NCBI RefSeq assembly: GCF_036321535.1
Contig: NC_087472.1
Coordinates: 96,288,001-96,352,000, forward strand
DNA length: 64,000 bases
Direction: 5' to 3'
Source of the DNA: Camelus dromedarius
Lineage: Eukaryota
Made by a program: the position numbers and the translations under genes. The notes under the pieces were generated by a model. It was not told the origin of the DNA and made no database searches. It saw only the letters and a program-made list of their open reading frames with translations. Numbering within the stretch: position 1 is the stretch's first letter; every line of letters starts with the position of its first letter. Shown one piece after another: positions 1 through 13,696 of the stretch.

Positions 1-1361
1 GTAGGGGGCGGTGTCTTCTGACCATGACAGCACGGCTGAGAACTTTAATGCCAGGGAGGTTTTCATTCATGTTGCTGGTTTTCACCCGAGGTCTGATACA
101 CCTTGCTTGGAACATTCTTGTTGAAGAATGAGGAACTGGATTATTCATTTGAGGGAGTTGGTGGTCACTTCCCCCTGGGGCCCTCCCCTAGGAAGGCTGG
201 CTTGGAGTTCTGTGTACCTGGTCAAGACTTTCCACTGGCTTTAGGCTGGACAGAAAGCAAGCTGGACCCTGACCAGAGGGTCTCCCAAATGCCTGAGTGA
301 AGAGGGCTTAACTTTGGGATAGCGACGCTCACGCCAACAGCCCTAGTTTTTCCCAGGTTGGTCCCAAAGAAACTCCTTTGATTTTGACCTTTGCCTACAC
401 GTGGCTGTCTGCAGGCAGACCAGAGTCCAGCCGCACCCCATCACCCATCCTTACTTCACCTCAGACCAGCTTTGAATTATCCGCCATCTTTTGACTTCTC
501 GATCCAGCCCTGTGCACCCCCTGGCTCTGTTTCCAGAGTCCCTCCAGGGTAATCTGGTACCACTGCTGCTGCGGCCTCCTCCTCCATGGCTTCTTCTGCT
601 CTGTCCCACTGACTAGCGTGCTTCTATCTGGTTAGTCTTTGGCAGGAGGTGGGATCAGTGGCACACTGACGAGCACCCCTGCTCCCTTGCTGTTTTTCTC
701 CCGCGTTCCTTTGTTCTCCTGTTAACGGGGCCCTAGGAGCATGCTGAATGCTCAGTCTACCTTGTACCAGAAGGCATGATTAGTTATATAAACAGCCTTC
801 TGAATTCAACCTTTTTTTCACTACAAATCTCAGGGAAATTAGAATACCTTTGATAGTTTTGTTTTGTTTGTTTGCTATTCAGTTCAACCAGTATTCTCTA
901 AGAGCCATCTGAAGGCTTGCTCAACTACTTGTACTTTACTTTGAGAACATTATCGTTTAGAGCTCTTCCCTTCCATTAGAGGCCATGTCAGTGTTTCTGT
1001 CCATGACTCTTCCCTACTCCTGGGTCCAGTGGCTTTTATGCAGTAGACCCTTAATAGATGCTTGCTGGCTTTCTAAAACAAAACTTAAATGGAACACGAC
1101 TTTTTCCATCTAAGGGCACATTTTTAAAAGTCAATGGAAAAAATGGTCCAGGCTTTTTGTGCTCAAGACTCAAGAAATAATGAAGTCTATCTGCATAATC
1201 ATTGCTCCAAATACCATTAGCTGAAATGACATTTAACAAATGCCAACAGAACTCTATATAGGCTATAAAGAATTTTATTTTCAGATAGTTCTATAAAGAG
1301 TGGGGAAAAAAACCTGGAAGCTAAGCAGAAAAAATTCTTTTAAGAGAAATGGAAGAGAAAC

Positions 1362-1505
1362 TCAACCTGCAGTTGGTTGAATCCGCGGATGCAGAGGGCT
1401 GACTAAACTCTCCCATTTTATTTAAGGGGCTTGAGCATCAACAAATTTTGGTATACGTGGGGGGTCCTGGAACCAATCCCCTGCAGATACCGAGGGAGGG
1501 CTGTA
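1362..1505. mobile_element. MER2-like (Tigger/TcMar) fragment
   Basis: GTTGGTTGAATCCGCGGATGCAG...GGTCCTGGAACCAATCCCCTGCAGATACCGAGGGAGGGCTGTA terminal motif. Confidence 0.7.
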
Positions 1506-3333
1506 TACTAACAGGAATTTAACCCATTTGGGCTTCCATCATTCCATTTCTGAAATGGGCACAGTACATATCTCACTGGGTTAATATAAGGATTAAATGA
1601 GACAATAGTGATAAACTAGTTTACACAGAGCCTGCCACACAGTAAGCAGTCAATAAATATTAGCTATTACCACAACTGAAAAATTAATTTCTACAGTGTT
1701 AACAGAGCTACTAGTAACGATTTTTCGATTCTTGTGTAGAACCACTTGACTGACAATATCCACAAAAGTATCCAATATGGGGAAACCAGAGGTCAAAGAT
1801 CCCAGGATAGACACATACTTTTCTATGAACCCTCTTAGAACAAAATATACATGGCATGAATTGAAATTTTTACATTTCCCACCAAACCTAGAACTATGAA
1901 TCAACCACTCGACAGGAAAAACTAATCTAGAAATGGTGAAGAAATGTAAGTGGTAAGCATAAGTCTTATCTTTCCCAAGTCAACCCTGACTTCTGGTAGC
2001 CATCCTTTATTAGATTTCTAGTCTGTGTCTGGTGTTATATCTGCAGCCCTAGAAACACGACCTTTCCATCACCTCACAAGGTGAGCTTACAGATGAGGAA
2101 GCTGAGTGTCAGAGGTGAAGTGACTTGTCTCCTAAGTGTCAGAATCCAGATTGCCACTGCCTGGCTGGCTACCGAGTTCACATATTTCCCCTAAGTCACG
2201 CTGCCTTATCACACGGATGCAAAAAGGTAAGGTGCAACTGCTGACTGGCTTAATGCTTTGGCAACTTATTTCTCAAGAAAATGAGGATGTTAAAATGATG
2301 GTGGAATGGCTACCTGTCTTTGGAGAAACCCACATCGGTTGCCGCAGGTAGCTAATCAGAAATATAAGAAATCTGATATAAGGTAAATAAAATTCTGTGA
2401 TTTTTAATTGTGTTCCAGAAAAGACAATAAAGGAAGTGCACTCTAGCTAGCCCCCAATATTGAGAATTCTAGTGGTGACTGGTAAATACTGATGGTGTTT
2501 GCACAGTGCGTTCTACATAATCCTAGTTACTACTTTCTCAGGGGGTCTCCGTTGGGAAAGAAAAAAATAAAAAATTCAGAAAAAGAGATAACATGTCAAA
2601 CTAACAGAACTTAAATTCCCAAGTAGCAACAAAGTCTTCTTTTGGGTTGAAGGCGGCCTCACTCCTCTGAAGTGCTGAGCAGAGGGCAGTGAGAGCTATC
2701 ACTGACTACTGTTAAAGACACCCACTGGGGAACAGAAGCACCCTGAACGGGGATGCTATGCTGGTTCGCACAGGCTCTGAAAATGAATCCACTGAATCTG
2801 GCTCTGTCTTGTTACAAAGCCACAGCATCTGCTTAAAATGTTCAGGACCAGCCTCTGACCTATCTCTCACACGGAGCTTGTTAGAGTGCATGTGCAGTCC
2901 CTAACTGTGCTCGCAAAGAGCTTTGGCAGTCAAGAAACAGGAAGTATAAATCATAAATACACCACCCAAGCAACAGGAAACTAGAGGCGACCTGTAACCA
3001 CCAGTATTCACTTCTCTTAGTGATGGGGAAAGGGCCCCCAAAATCATGCATGAGACAGTGCCAAAAATAGGTGGAAAATTTCTCCCCTGGGGGGGTGCAC
3101 TGCCCAGAGTGACAGCCTCAGTGGGAAGGACTGTGCTGACCCAGCTGGCACCCAGGAATCAGCAAGGACAGGCTCACTGCTCTGCCTTCAGAGTGAATGA
3201 GGCTGCCATTGAAGCAAAAGAGAAGCTGACCACTACTGGTGAGTTAAGCTCCGTATTTGACAAATAGAAATCTGGACAGTGAGGTCAGGCTCCATCTAGC
3301 CATTAGGAAGAAAGAGAATATTAAGATGTTTCT

Positions 3334-3466
3334 GGGGGAGGGTATAGCTCAAGTGGTAGAGCACATGCTTAGTATGCATGAGGTCCTGGGTTCGATCCCC
3401 AGTACCTTCTCTAAAAAAAAATAAATAAGTAAACCTAATTACCTCCCCCCTACCAAAAAAAAAAAA
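3334..3466 (+). mobile_element. tRNA-derived SINE, camelid vic-1-like (long form)
   Basis: GGGGGAGGGTATAGCTCAAGTGGTAGAGC (A box) ... GGTTCGATCCCC (B box), a 3' AAACCTAATTACCTCCCCCC module and an A-tail. TSD AAGATGTTTC/AAGATGCTTC. Confidence 0.85.
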
Positions 3467-3847
3467 AAGATGCTTCACTCAGGAATACATAAACAAAATC
3501 CACTTGTGCTGGTGGTGTATTTATTCAAAATACAACTCTTCTCAGAGAACCTAGTGGACTTTGACAGCAGCTTTGGTTCCACACCTCCTAGTAGAATGTA
3601 AGGGCAATTGTCCTACAACAGCAGCCTGAAGTCTTCATGCTTTGATCTCATTATAAGAGAAATATATTTTTGGAATATTTTTGAGAGGGAATGTGGTTTA
3701 TGTTTAATTATAAGTTCCCATATAGTAAGACTCAGTCATTCTACTTCTAAGAATCTAACCTACAAAAATACTTCCACACGTCCACAGATTTTCCCTCCCT
3801 TCAAACACACACACCCACACCCTTCATTCCTCATTATATGGAATATG

Positions 3848-4090
3848 GGAAAATTAGATTGGGAGTTTGGGATTAACAGATACACAGTACTATATATAAA
3901 ATAGATAAGCAACAAGAACCTACTGTATAGCACAGGGAACTATATTCAATTTCTTGTAACGAGCTGTAATGGAAAAGAATCTAAAAATATATATGTATGT
4001 ATATGTATAACTGAATCACTTTGTTGTACACCTGAAACTAACATTGTAAATTGACTACATTTCAATAAAAAATAAGAATTAAAAAAAAGA
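3848..4090 (+). mobile_element. L1 3' end, cetartiodactyl-type
   Basis: GGGAGTTTGGGATTAACAGATAC...CTACTGTATAGCACAGGGAACTATATTCAAT...ACTGAATCACTTTG...AATAAA plus A-tail. Confidence 0.8.
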
Positions 4091-5195
4091 AATCCTAAAT
4101 GTCCACTCAATGGGAAATTATTAAATAAATAATCTCTAAATGACAATAATACATGCAAAGATCTTTAAGGTGAAGTGAAATACACAAGTAAAAGAACACA
4201 AATGGTTTCAACCCCAATTATGTAAAAACCAAAACTCTGTACGGGAGAGAGTAGTGGGGACGTTCCCTTTTACTCTGCATTTATGTTTGTAGTTTTACAA
4301 GAAGCATGTCTCTTTCGTAGCTTATGAATAAAAAAAGTAACATGTAAATAATAGTTTCATACTATTAACATAAAAATCAGCTAAAACCCCACTATCCAGA
4401 GAGCTGTTGTTTGTATTTTGGTGGGATAAACCTTTCAATATATTTTCCAATGAACTTGCACTATTACAAAATGTTATGGCCTGTGTTTAAAAAAAAAAAT
4501 TCAACTTTTCCCATACATTAAATATTCCTTAAAGCATTACTTTGAATGGCTGCGTAGTATTCTACCTTATAGGTGTACCACAGTTTATTTAAATAATTGT
4601 CTACTATGGAAAGCTTGGATTGTTTTCTTATTTTTCTCTATAAGAAAACCACTGTGATTGTCATTCTTATGTGCATCTGTGCACATCTCTATTTTCTTAT
4701 AATTTTTTGAGAAAGAATATTGTTAGCCTTTTGTTTTTAGAAAGGCTCTACCAATTTAAACTTACACCAGAAATGTATACGTGTTGGTGAGAGAACATTT
4801 TTTCTGGGGACCAATTCAAAGCATTAAAATGTTTTTTTAATCATTGCCATTTTGAAAGACAAACATGGCATTTCCCTGTGCTTTGCTTTGTACTTTGATT
4901 AGCAAAGCTTAACACTTTTCCATGTGTTTACTGACTGCACTAGTTATTTTGAGAACTGCTTATTTCTATCTTTGACCAGCTTCTACCTTGATCACTTTTG
5001 TTTCAAGAACTTGGGAGTTCTAATAACACAGTCCTGTACAAAAATTCATTGACCAAAGATAAAGAAAAGGTTTCAAAAAGACACAAAAGATGAAAAAGCA
5101 GCATAATTTGAACATCTCACTGAAATATAGCTCAGGTATAATCAGTTTTTTAGCCAGCTTCTTTGTATTTAAGGTTAAAATTATTTTTCGTTTAC

Positions 5196-5273
5196 CATTG
5201 AATTCTTCAACTTCCAGCTCTGGAGCAACCAGGTAATACTGTTCACACAGCATCTTGGCAGTTTCATACGCAT
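5196..5273 (-). CDS. PDK3: PDK3 coding exon 6 (78 nt)
   Basis: Acceptor CTTTGCAG|AT; encodes (D)AYETAKMLCEQYYLVAPELEVEEFN; donor G|GTAAAC. Confidence 0.96.
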
Positions 5274-6149
5274 CTGCAAAGAGAGGAAAGAGTTTAGCTG
5301 GTGCACTGATAGCATGGACTCAGAGAGAGGGAGAGAGATTTAACAGAATAAACAAACAAGGACAACTTGTAACCTGACAGACTGAGAATTAATCAACTAC
5401 TGCCTTAAAAAATAGCCTTTTTCACCTATAAAAGAATTACCCTAACTGAACCAAAATCTCTTTCTTTAGTTTTAATGACCACAACAATATCAAAATGCTG
5501 CACTAATAATGATACAGCCAGCTCTATACTAAACATGTCTTTGTTTAACTTTCAAATCTTTCCTGAAAGGCATTTTTCATGAGTATCTATAAACTCAAGA
5601 CTATACTTCTGAATAGCATGCAACCTGACTAAACTACTAAAAAGGTATTTGTTGTAATTTCAAAAATAATAACGCTGACAGTCTTAAGATCTGCCAATTA
5701 CTTATAAATGAAACAGCAACAAGTATTGGCTGAATAAATGAGTTTCCAGGAGCCACACAATATGTTACTGGAGACATTACTCTTGTTTAGAAATCTCCTT
5801 TAGGTTAGTTAAAGGGAACGGGTTGGGGCTGTTATTTACCAAAGTCTGAGGAGCAACAGTTTGCTTTTGCAAGGGAAAAAACCGACAAAGGGTAAGACCA
5901 AGGCCACTACAGAGGCAGATAGAAAACAGAATTCAGGAAGTTACATCCAAAGGATGGGGAGCAAATTTAGAAAGCTAAGTGCTTTATTTTTTACTGCGTG
6001 TGTGCCTTGTCTCTTGAGTTGCAAGCAATCTGAGGTCAGGGTTTGTGGCTTACACTTGTTTGGTAACTCACAGAGAACTCATTCTATGCCTGTTAGATGG
6101 TCAATAAATACTCCTTGGTTTGATACATCTTAAACCTTTTGATAATTTA

Positions 6150-6775
6150 CTTTTAAAAATAGCTTTATTGAGATATAATTCTTATACAAGTCATCCATTT
6201 AAAATGCACATACAATTCAATGATTTTTAGTGTATTAGCAGAGTGGTGCATTCATCACCAAAATTAAGTTTACATTTTCATCACCTTCAAAAAGAAACTC
6301 CATAACCATTAACAGTCATTACTTCTCGTCCAGCTGGAGGCAAGCACCAATTTGCTCTGTGTTTATAATTTTGCTATTCTGGACATTTCATATAAATGGA
6401 ATCATACGATATGTGGCCTTTTATGTCTGTTTCTTTTACTTAGCGTGCTTTTGAGGGTCACTTATGTTATAGCATGCATCAATACTTCATTCCTTTTTAT
6501 TGCTGAGTTAATATTGCATTGTACAAATACATCACATTTTGTTTATTCATGTATCCGTTGATGGACATTTGGATTGTTTCCACTTTTTGGCTATTACAAA
6601 TGAACATTCATATGTTTATTCACATTGCTATGAACATTCACTCCCACGCTTTTGTGTGTGTGTAAAGATACGTTTTCATTTCTTTCGGGTATATACCTAG
6701 GAGAGAAAATTGCTTGATCATATGGTAGCTGTATGTTTAAACGTTTGAAGAACAGCCAGACTGTCTTCCAAAGCA
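6150..6775 (-). mobile_element. Old L1 (L1MB/L1ME-like) 3' region
   Basis: AGCTTTATTGAGATATAATT..., GGACATTTCATATAAATGGAATCATAC, GATGGACATTTGGATTGTTTCCAC, AGCCAGACTGTCTTCCAAAG. Confidence 0.8.
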
Positions 6776-6976
6776 AGACGTTTTTTTCATTTCCACCTTT
6801 ACAATTTCTAAAGCTCAGACATTCAAATTAGTTTAAAATGCTTCGTGGTCACATTTGCAATGTCCTCAACTGGATACCAGCTCTCTGGAGACAGGCTAGT
6901 ACTCCTTCCAGATTCCCCACATCAATACTTGAATTTAAGATTCAAGAGGTAAGAGATGGGAAGGAAGGAAGGAAGG

Positions 6977-7140
6977 AAGGGGGGAAAAAATAACCCTGAT
7001 GGAATTTAAATATGTTAAAATTTGACATTATCAACCTTAAAAAAAAGTAAGAGAAAGAGAGGAGGAAGGAAAGAAAAAAAGGGGGGAAAATAAGCCATAT
7101 AGAATTTAAATATATTACAATTTGACAATGTCAACCTGAA
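6977..7140. repeat. Degenerate two-copy tandem duplication (period about 100 bp)
   Basis: AAGGGGGGAAAA..TAA...GAATTTAAATAT.TTA.AATTTGACA.T.TCAACCT occurs at about 6977-7040 and 7079-7140. Confidence 0.8.
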
Positions 7141-8020
7141 ATGATACAAAGATAAGATTAGGATATGTTCAGACTATAAGCTGTGGTTCCTACTGCTACC
7201 AAATTGAAATTTTATATAATATTTGACCTCAGAGTAAATATTCTTATTTTATTAAACTTTTAGAATTAAACCACTATAAAGAACCACGGTTAGAGACATC
7301 AGATTATGTCAGATGAAATAATGAGGGATAGGCAATGGAAATGTTAGCAAGAGGAGAAAAAAATTTTAAAGGACTTGATCAGTGTGAAAATAGACATTAA
7401 AGTAGGACTGAATTTAAACCCTAACAAAGACAATCAAAACTCAGATTTATATGAAATTCACAAGTTTTTTCCTAGGGTATAATAAAACTCACCAAATATC
7501 TCTTAAGTACTTTTATAAGAAGAAAAGAAATCAAGACTCACTCTCTGCTGTGGCTACACCACCAAACAATGCTACATCTCCACCTAGTGACACGACAGCA
7601 CAAAGCCGGTCAACTTCCAACACTCAAACCAACAAACACTGACATCTAAAGACGATGCTTCATTATCCATATACAACGCCAACGCACCTCCACAAAACAA
7701 CTTCTACAAATATGCAACACCTTTAAAGATGTTTAAACTGCTCTTCCATTCACTATAAAACAGGAAAAGAACCCAACCCCCTGAAATGGGCTAGTTCCTC
7801 ATGCCATCAGCTTGCCCAATAGTATGAGATTATGACAGCATTATTAAGAAAAAGTATGACACAAATGTAACATGTGGAAGATTAGGTAGAGTCCAGATAG
7901 ACACAGCCAACTTGAAACTAAAAGCCCCAGCATAGTTCCTAAACCACATGTGACTAAGAATTTTTTAGGCATTACTACAAATTATAGTGATTCAATGCTG
8001 TCATTAAGAACTTCATTATG

Positions 8021-8110
8021 GGGGGAGGGTATAGCTCAGTGGTAGATCGTATACTTAGAATGCACGAGGTCCTGGGTTTAATGCCCACTGCCTCCACTAA
8101 AAAAAAGAAA
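8021..8110 (+). mobile_element. tRNA-derived SINE, vic-1-like (short form)
   Basis: Same head sequence with an A-tail directly after the tRNA-like part. TSD AAGAACTTCATTATG/AAGAAATTGCATTATG. Confidence 0.8.
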
Positions 8111-11100
8111 AAGAAATTGCATTATGATCCTTGAAAAACTCAAGACAAGACAATGAGACTTAAGCCAGCCAAAAGTATTTTGGGGGCAGTAATGGTTAAA
8201 TCTATATTCATATGCATTTTAATAAGTTCCCATGGCACATAATAACGCCTTGGACACAATACACATCTAGTAAGCATCTGTTAAATGGAACAATCCTGCC
8301 CTGGAGAAAATTCTCCAGGTTCAATCAACTATACCAATAAGAGATGTTCTCTTCGGTCAGACTGGGAACTAGTGGCCTAGAGTGGTTCCCAAAACTGTGT
8401 GTGTGTAGAATTCATTGCCAAGTTAAAAAAAAAAAGAGAGAGAGAGAAAGTAGATTGGGTAACCACTGGCCTAGAAAGTCAAGTCTGGGACACACTAATT
8501 CTGTCACTGTTGCTCCCAGGACATGAATGATCATGGGGTCCTGGAGTGTATGAGAGCACATACCTATTCAAATAGGACAGTTCTATTTAAGTAAAGGAAC
8601 ATAAAAATGAAAAAGCTTTTCAAAATCACCAACATGACAACCAAACTTCAACACTGGCTTAAAAATTCATCTCTTTTATATCTAGAGTAAAATGTAAGTC
8701 CTACTAATAATAAGCTTTCTAAATAAGACTCTTCTAGTTTTTAAACAGAAACCAAAATTTTAAAACACGATAATTTATCAAATTACTTTTATCTGCAATA
8801 TATTGGTGCCACTATTTACCACTAATCTTTAAAAGGAAATATTAGGAAATGATTGTTACTGCCACTGAACACAAGTGATTTTAACCTGTTTTCAAGGGAA
8901 ATAAGGTATTGATGATAAAGTAACTAATAAAACTGTGGGTGTAGCGTATCTTTACTCCCCCAGGTTAGAATATCCAAATGGTAAACACACAAGACTAAAA
9001 CTAAAAAAGGCCAAGCCATAAAGAGTAGAGTGAAGGTTCACATAGCAACCAGCCCCAGAGATCCACCATAGCCAGGAATCAGTTTTAAGGAAAAGCACAC
9101 AGGAAAATTTAATAGCATATGGATGTTATTTTTATGAGCTGTTTTTCTTAGAGGATCTTCCTATTCAAAATTCACCACAGGCCTCTGCTATCAAATATTA
9201 GCCTCTATCACAAATACAGGCCGTTATTTGCTTATATGTATGTTATAAGAGGCTGGACAAGGATGAGTTTGACTGAGTGCTGAAAAAACAAACATGAAGA
9301 TGCCACAGTCCCTAACTTGGGTCTAACAGGATACAGAAAACCATCAAGCTCAAGTTTAAGAAGCACTGCCCCAGCATGGTAAATGTAAACGACCGCAAAG
9401 CGTTAGGAAGTCACAGATAAGCTGCTTCTTGAAAACGCTTTTAAATTACAATGCAATTCTAATAAGGTCAGTCTCTCCTCATCCTTCTACCCAAAATGCA
9501 TTCTGAGTGGGAAGCCCAGGGGCTTTCTTACCACTATACCCTCTCCTACCCGCCCCAAAGCACAGCCAACTGGAAAAGTGAGGCAGAACATCTACTGCAA
9601 CGGCAACCAACCTACAGGCTGACCGGAATCCTAAAACCTGTGGTCGTGGGCAAAAAAGCCCATTAAATTCATCTTTTGAGAATTCAGGATCGAGACACTC
9701 AGGCAGGGCAGAAGGCAAAAGGATACATTGAAAATTATCACGATCTAGAAGGCCTGGAGTGCCCGTCATTGTCCTAAACAAGCTGCCTCAAAAGTCTGCC
9801 AGTCTACAGACAAGAGGGAGGCTTGACGAACCCACTTAAAGACACACACAGAAAAAACTCCTTGCTTCTGTTTCCCAGTTCCAATTTCTATAGCCCGACT
9901 CTAAAGTGCTTCCTGCCCTTGGATTACCCTGGGATCTACCAGGTTCTTTTAATAAATCTGTCTTTCAAGCCAGTGAGAACAGGTCTCTGTTACTTGTGAC
10001 CTGAAGAGCCCAAAGTGAGAGCACAAGACATTATTTCTGAACCAGAATAATGACACGCTCTCAGGATACCGCCCGTATGCTATCACACTAAACAATAATA
10101 GCATTTAGGAACAACAGAGGTAAGCTAACATCACTGTGAGAGCTGACTTCTGTACCAAGTATTTAAGTTTGTACCTTCAAAATGATCTTACCACAGGATT
10201 TTCCATTTGATTTCCTGGTTTCTTACAAAGAAAGGAGGGAAAGGGGTCACGCCAGAAGGCACTTCTCAGAGGATAATAAGAGCTGCTCTACAACACTAAT
10301 TCTAGCACTCACTACCACGAGGCTGTAATTTGCAGATGTGTAAAGGTAGATATTAATGTGCTAAATAAGCAGCCAGGAGGCATGCTTCAGTGTTCCACAC
10401 ATTCAATTAACATGATGCAGGATGCACCCCACTTTTACACATTTATACAACTGTCTAGTCAAAAATAAAAATATTGTCCCTACCCTTCTACATAAAAGTT
10501 CCCTGGAGTCTGTCTCAAGAGATCTAAGTATGGAATCACTGTTAGTTCATTGAGGCTTTCCAAGGCTGGAAAACACACATGTGTGCATGCACCGGCAGGC
10601 ACGGGCTGGACATCTGACTATGCTTAAGCCATGCAGGATTTGCACAGCTGAGAAAACCAACAGCAGAGCTGTCATTACGACTCAGAACCCCTCCTCCCTC
10701 TACATCAAGCTTCCTCAAACAAAAGGAAGGGGAAAAATACTAGAGACAGAGGCGCCAAGTGAGAAGATTAACTGAGAAATCTCAGAAGGTACAAGGAGAA
10801 GGTGAAAAACCAGTGGAAAATAACCAACTACTTTAAAAGGAAGGGAGCAGTAAGACATCACTAAGAGTTGAAGGAAGCTGACATGCGTCTCTTCCTTTCC
10901 TTGACAGCACTCGGGAGTATCCGGAAGAAGAGCTGGTGATGCCTGGGCCCTTTGGGACTCTCTGTTGCCCCTGGGGCATTTGGGGATGGAGACTCTAGCA
11001 TTTGATAGAAGACATGGAAGAATTTCCAAGCCTTCTGATTGCTGGTGTTCTCTGCCTCGTTTGTTCTTTCTCAGTCTTATTTTGAGCCCCAAAGAGCTTC

Positions 11101-13555
11101 TGCTTGGGTATCCAGACACTCCAAGAATTGAGAGTGGGTCCACAGGGAATGAAACAGAAAGTTGACTATTAAAATTTGCTTTAGTCCACAGGGAGGAAAG
11201 AGCCCTTTGGGTTTCCTGTTAGGTTGCTGAGCTAATTTTGCCATGGTAGGAAAGGTAACCGATTTAAGACCAATACCCCAGTGAGGAATAAAGGTTATCT
11301 ACACCTGGCCGGGAAAACCACTGAATATAGAGATGAGGAGTACAGCAGATCAGCCAGGAAGGGGTGCATGATGGGCATTAGTGTTGGAGATGGGGAAATA
11401 GACAAATCACTATGGATTTCATACAAAGAGACTCACGTTACTCACAGTCACATACCAACCTGTAAAGTTGGTATTAATTCAAATGTGTAAAACAATGTTA
11501 TGTCACTGGGTTATGAAAACAAGTGATTTTTATTCTCGTCTCTCTTTTCCCACATTTTCTAAATTTTCTTCAATGAGCACTTTTGATTACTTTGATAATA
11601 TGGCATGAGTACTTTTAACTGACCAAACCGGAAATAGGAATTGGATGATTGACAAAAAAGTTGGATAATGGGAAACCATAAAATATGACTACACTTGTAA
11701 CATTAACTTAAAATACACTTTTAAATATACAATTTATTCCCCTAGCAATCTTCAAATAAGGCCAAAGCCTCTTCTTTGGATTGGCCTGGGGTTCTAGGTC
11801 GTATTTCCTAGATAAACAATACCATATACATCTGTGAATTCCAATTCCTATTTCTTTAAGGTAATAAATTTAAAAACACTTGTCAAGCCATCTGAGTGCA
11901 GATTCCTTTTAAGAGGTTTACTCAGTGCTGTCCTGTCACTTAATAGTTGTCTTGTTCACAGTCATTTCATTACATTTTTAAGAGACTTCTATCAAGTCTT
12001 TCCAAAGCATTCAAACTTGATTTTTATGGAAGTAAGTCTCCTTTTTGTACTCCTATTTCTTCAGTTTATATAACATATATGTATAAATTATGTATATTTA
12101 TACATATACCTGTGGGATAACTTATACCAACAGTTTGAGGACAAATGAGTGACCCTTAGTAAGTGGAAGAAGCACCAGAGCATTCAAGAAAGTATGTGCA
12201 AGCCAAGTGTCCTCAGTGTGCTGTGGGCAGGATCCATGATTTGTGAAGGGAATGAAGGTGGCAGAAAAGTCGATGGTGTGGAAGTTGCTTTATGTGTTGA
12301 TGAACTTCCAGAATCTAAAACCGCCCTCCACAATTGTTTTACTTAAGGGAAGAGGCTGTTGAGAAGTGAAAAAGATGGTCTGAAAGAAACAGTGGAGAAC
12401 GAGGAGCATGGCGGTCCTTCCTCCTTGCCCCATGAGTGTGGGGGTAGGAGTGTGCGCACCGTGTGTGTGTTGGGGGAAGTGACATTCCGAGTGGCAGAGG
12501 GGCACAGTGAGTGATTTTCACTGGGTATGGCTTCGCCAGGGATCCAGGCTGTGCCAGACAAGCTGTAGAAATGATGAAATGAGAGGATGGAGTCAACTTG
12601 GTTCACAGTAAATAGCGGTCTCACAGGGGCAGGAGAGAGCCTGAAGATACAGCTGCGAGTGAGCACAGGAAGAGGGAGTGGACAGGGGGATCTGGCCCAG
12701 TGTCAAAACCGTGACTACAAAGACCAAAGAGAGCAGGAGGCCATGAGGTTGGCATAAACTGCAGGCATAAACTTGTAGTTTCTTTCTTTCTAATGTTGAT
12801 CCAACTGCTTTGCACATTATCTTCAGCTAGTGTCTGGTTCAGAACTTCTGTCCCTGAGAGGAGTGATGCAAGCGTGGATGGGAGTAATTTCAGCCCTTTA
12901 GGAATTTACACCCCAGGTAGAGAGACCCACAGAAGTAGGAATAACACCAAGACCAGGCAGGATGTAGTAAGGTTAGTAAGAGCAGTCCTGACAGTCAGTG
13001 CTGCAAACGACGAATTCTGCTCACCTGCAGAGTTGGGCTGCGGCCGGTTCCCCTCATCATCTGACTCGCTATCGTGCTGCTTCACCCCTCTGCTCTCCAG
13101 GAGCACTGACAACTGCCTGCCAATCCCCATTACTTATCTGGTGGTACTGACTCAGGGTTAAAATCTCTCTAAAACTTAGGGAAAGACATTTTTGGTGAAG
13201 AAACAGTGAGATGATAAAAAGGACTATGTTTTTACAACTTTATTCTGCAGAATGGCGGGCGGAGACGGAAGCACACAGCACAGTGTAAGAATTCTTGTGC
13301 ACACCTCCCCAGCCTCAACAGTTCTCAACACGCCCAATCTTTTTCACTGCCCTCCCTCTGGATAACTCTGAAGCAAAACCCACATGCCATTTCATATCAC
13401 GTGTAGTATTTCAAAATACCTCACTTGAAGCTAAGATGCCTTTAAAAGAACATAACCACAATATCAATATTACACCTAAAAAAATGAACAATATTTCTTG
13501 AATGTCAAATATTCAAGTGTCTCAAAAATGTCCTAAATGATGTTTTAAAAAATAT

Positions 13556-13696
13556 TTTATTTATTACTGTACTATTTAATTATTTTATCTTTGAGGAGGA
13601 GGTAATTAGGTTTATTTTTAGAGAAGGTACTGGGGATTGAACCCAGAACCGCATGCATGCTAAGCATGCACTCTACCACTTGAGCTGTACCCTCCC
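13556..13696 (-). mobile_element. tRNA-derived SINE, vic-1-like
   Basis: Reverse complement of the same consensus; degenerate TSD TAAATGATGTTTT/TAAACGATATTTT. Confidence 0.8.

Noticed and set aside
3334..3410. tRNA gene calls for the GGGGAGGGTATAGCTCA... sequences
   Set aside because: A-tails, TSDs, divergence among copies and a poor acceptor stem indicate SINEs rather than tRNA genes.
5020..5253. ORFs 5020-5253 and 16029-16292 as standalone genes
   Set aside because: They are PDK3 exons 6 and 5 with intronic extensions.
12561..12654. C/D-box snoRNA-like pattern (ATGATGA at 12571, CTGA at 12641, flanking AGCTGTA/TACAGCT stem)
   Set aside because: It is antisense to the host gene, the stem is offset 3 nt from box D so the kink-turn geometry is non-canonical, and I recognise no rRNA or snRNA guide. 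A snoscan or Infernal hit would reverse this.
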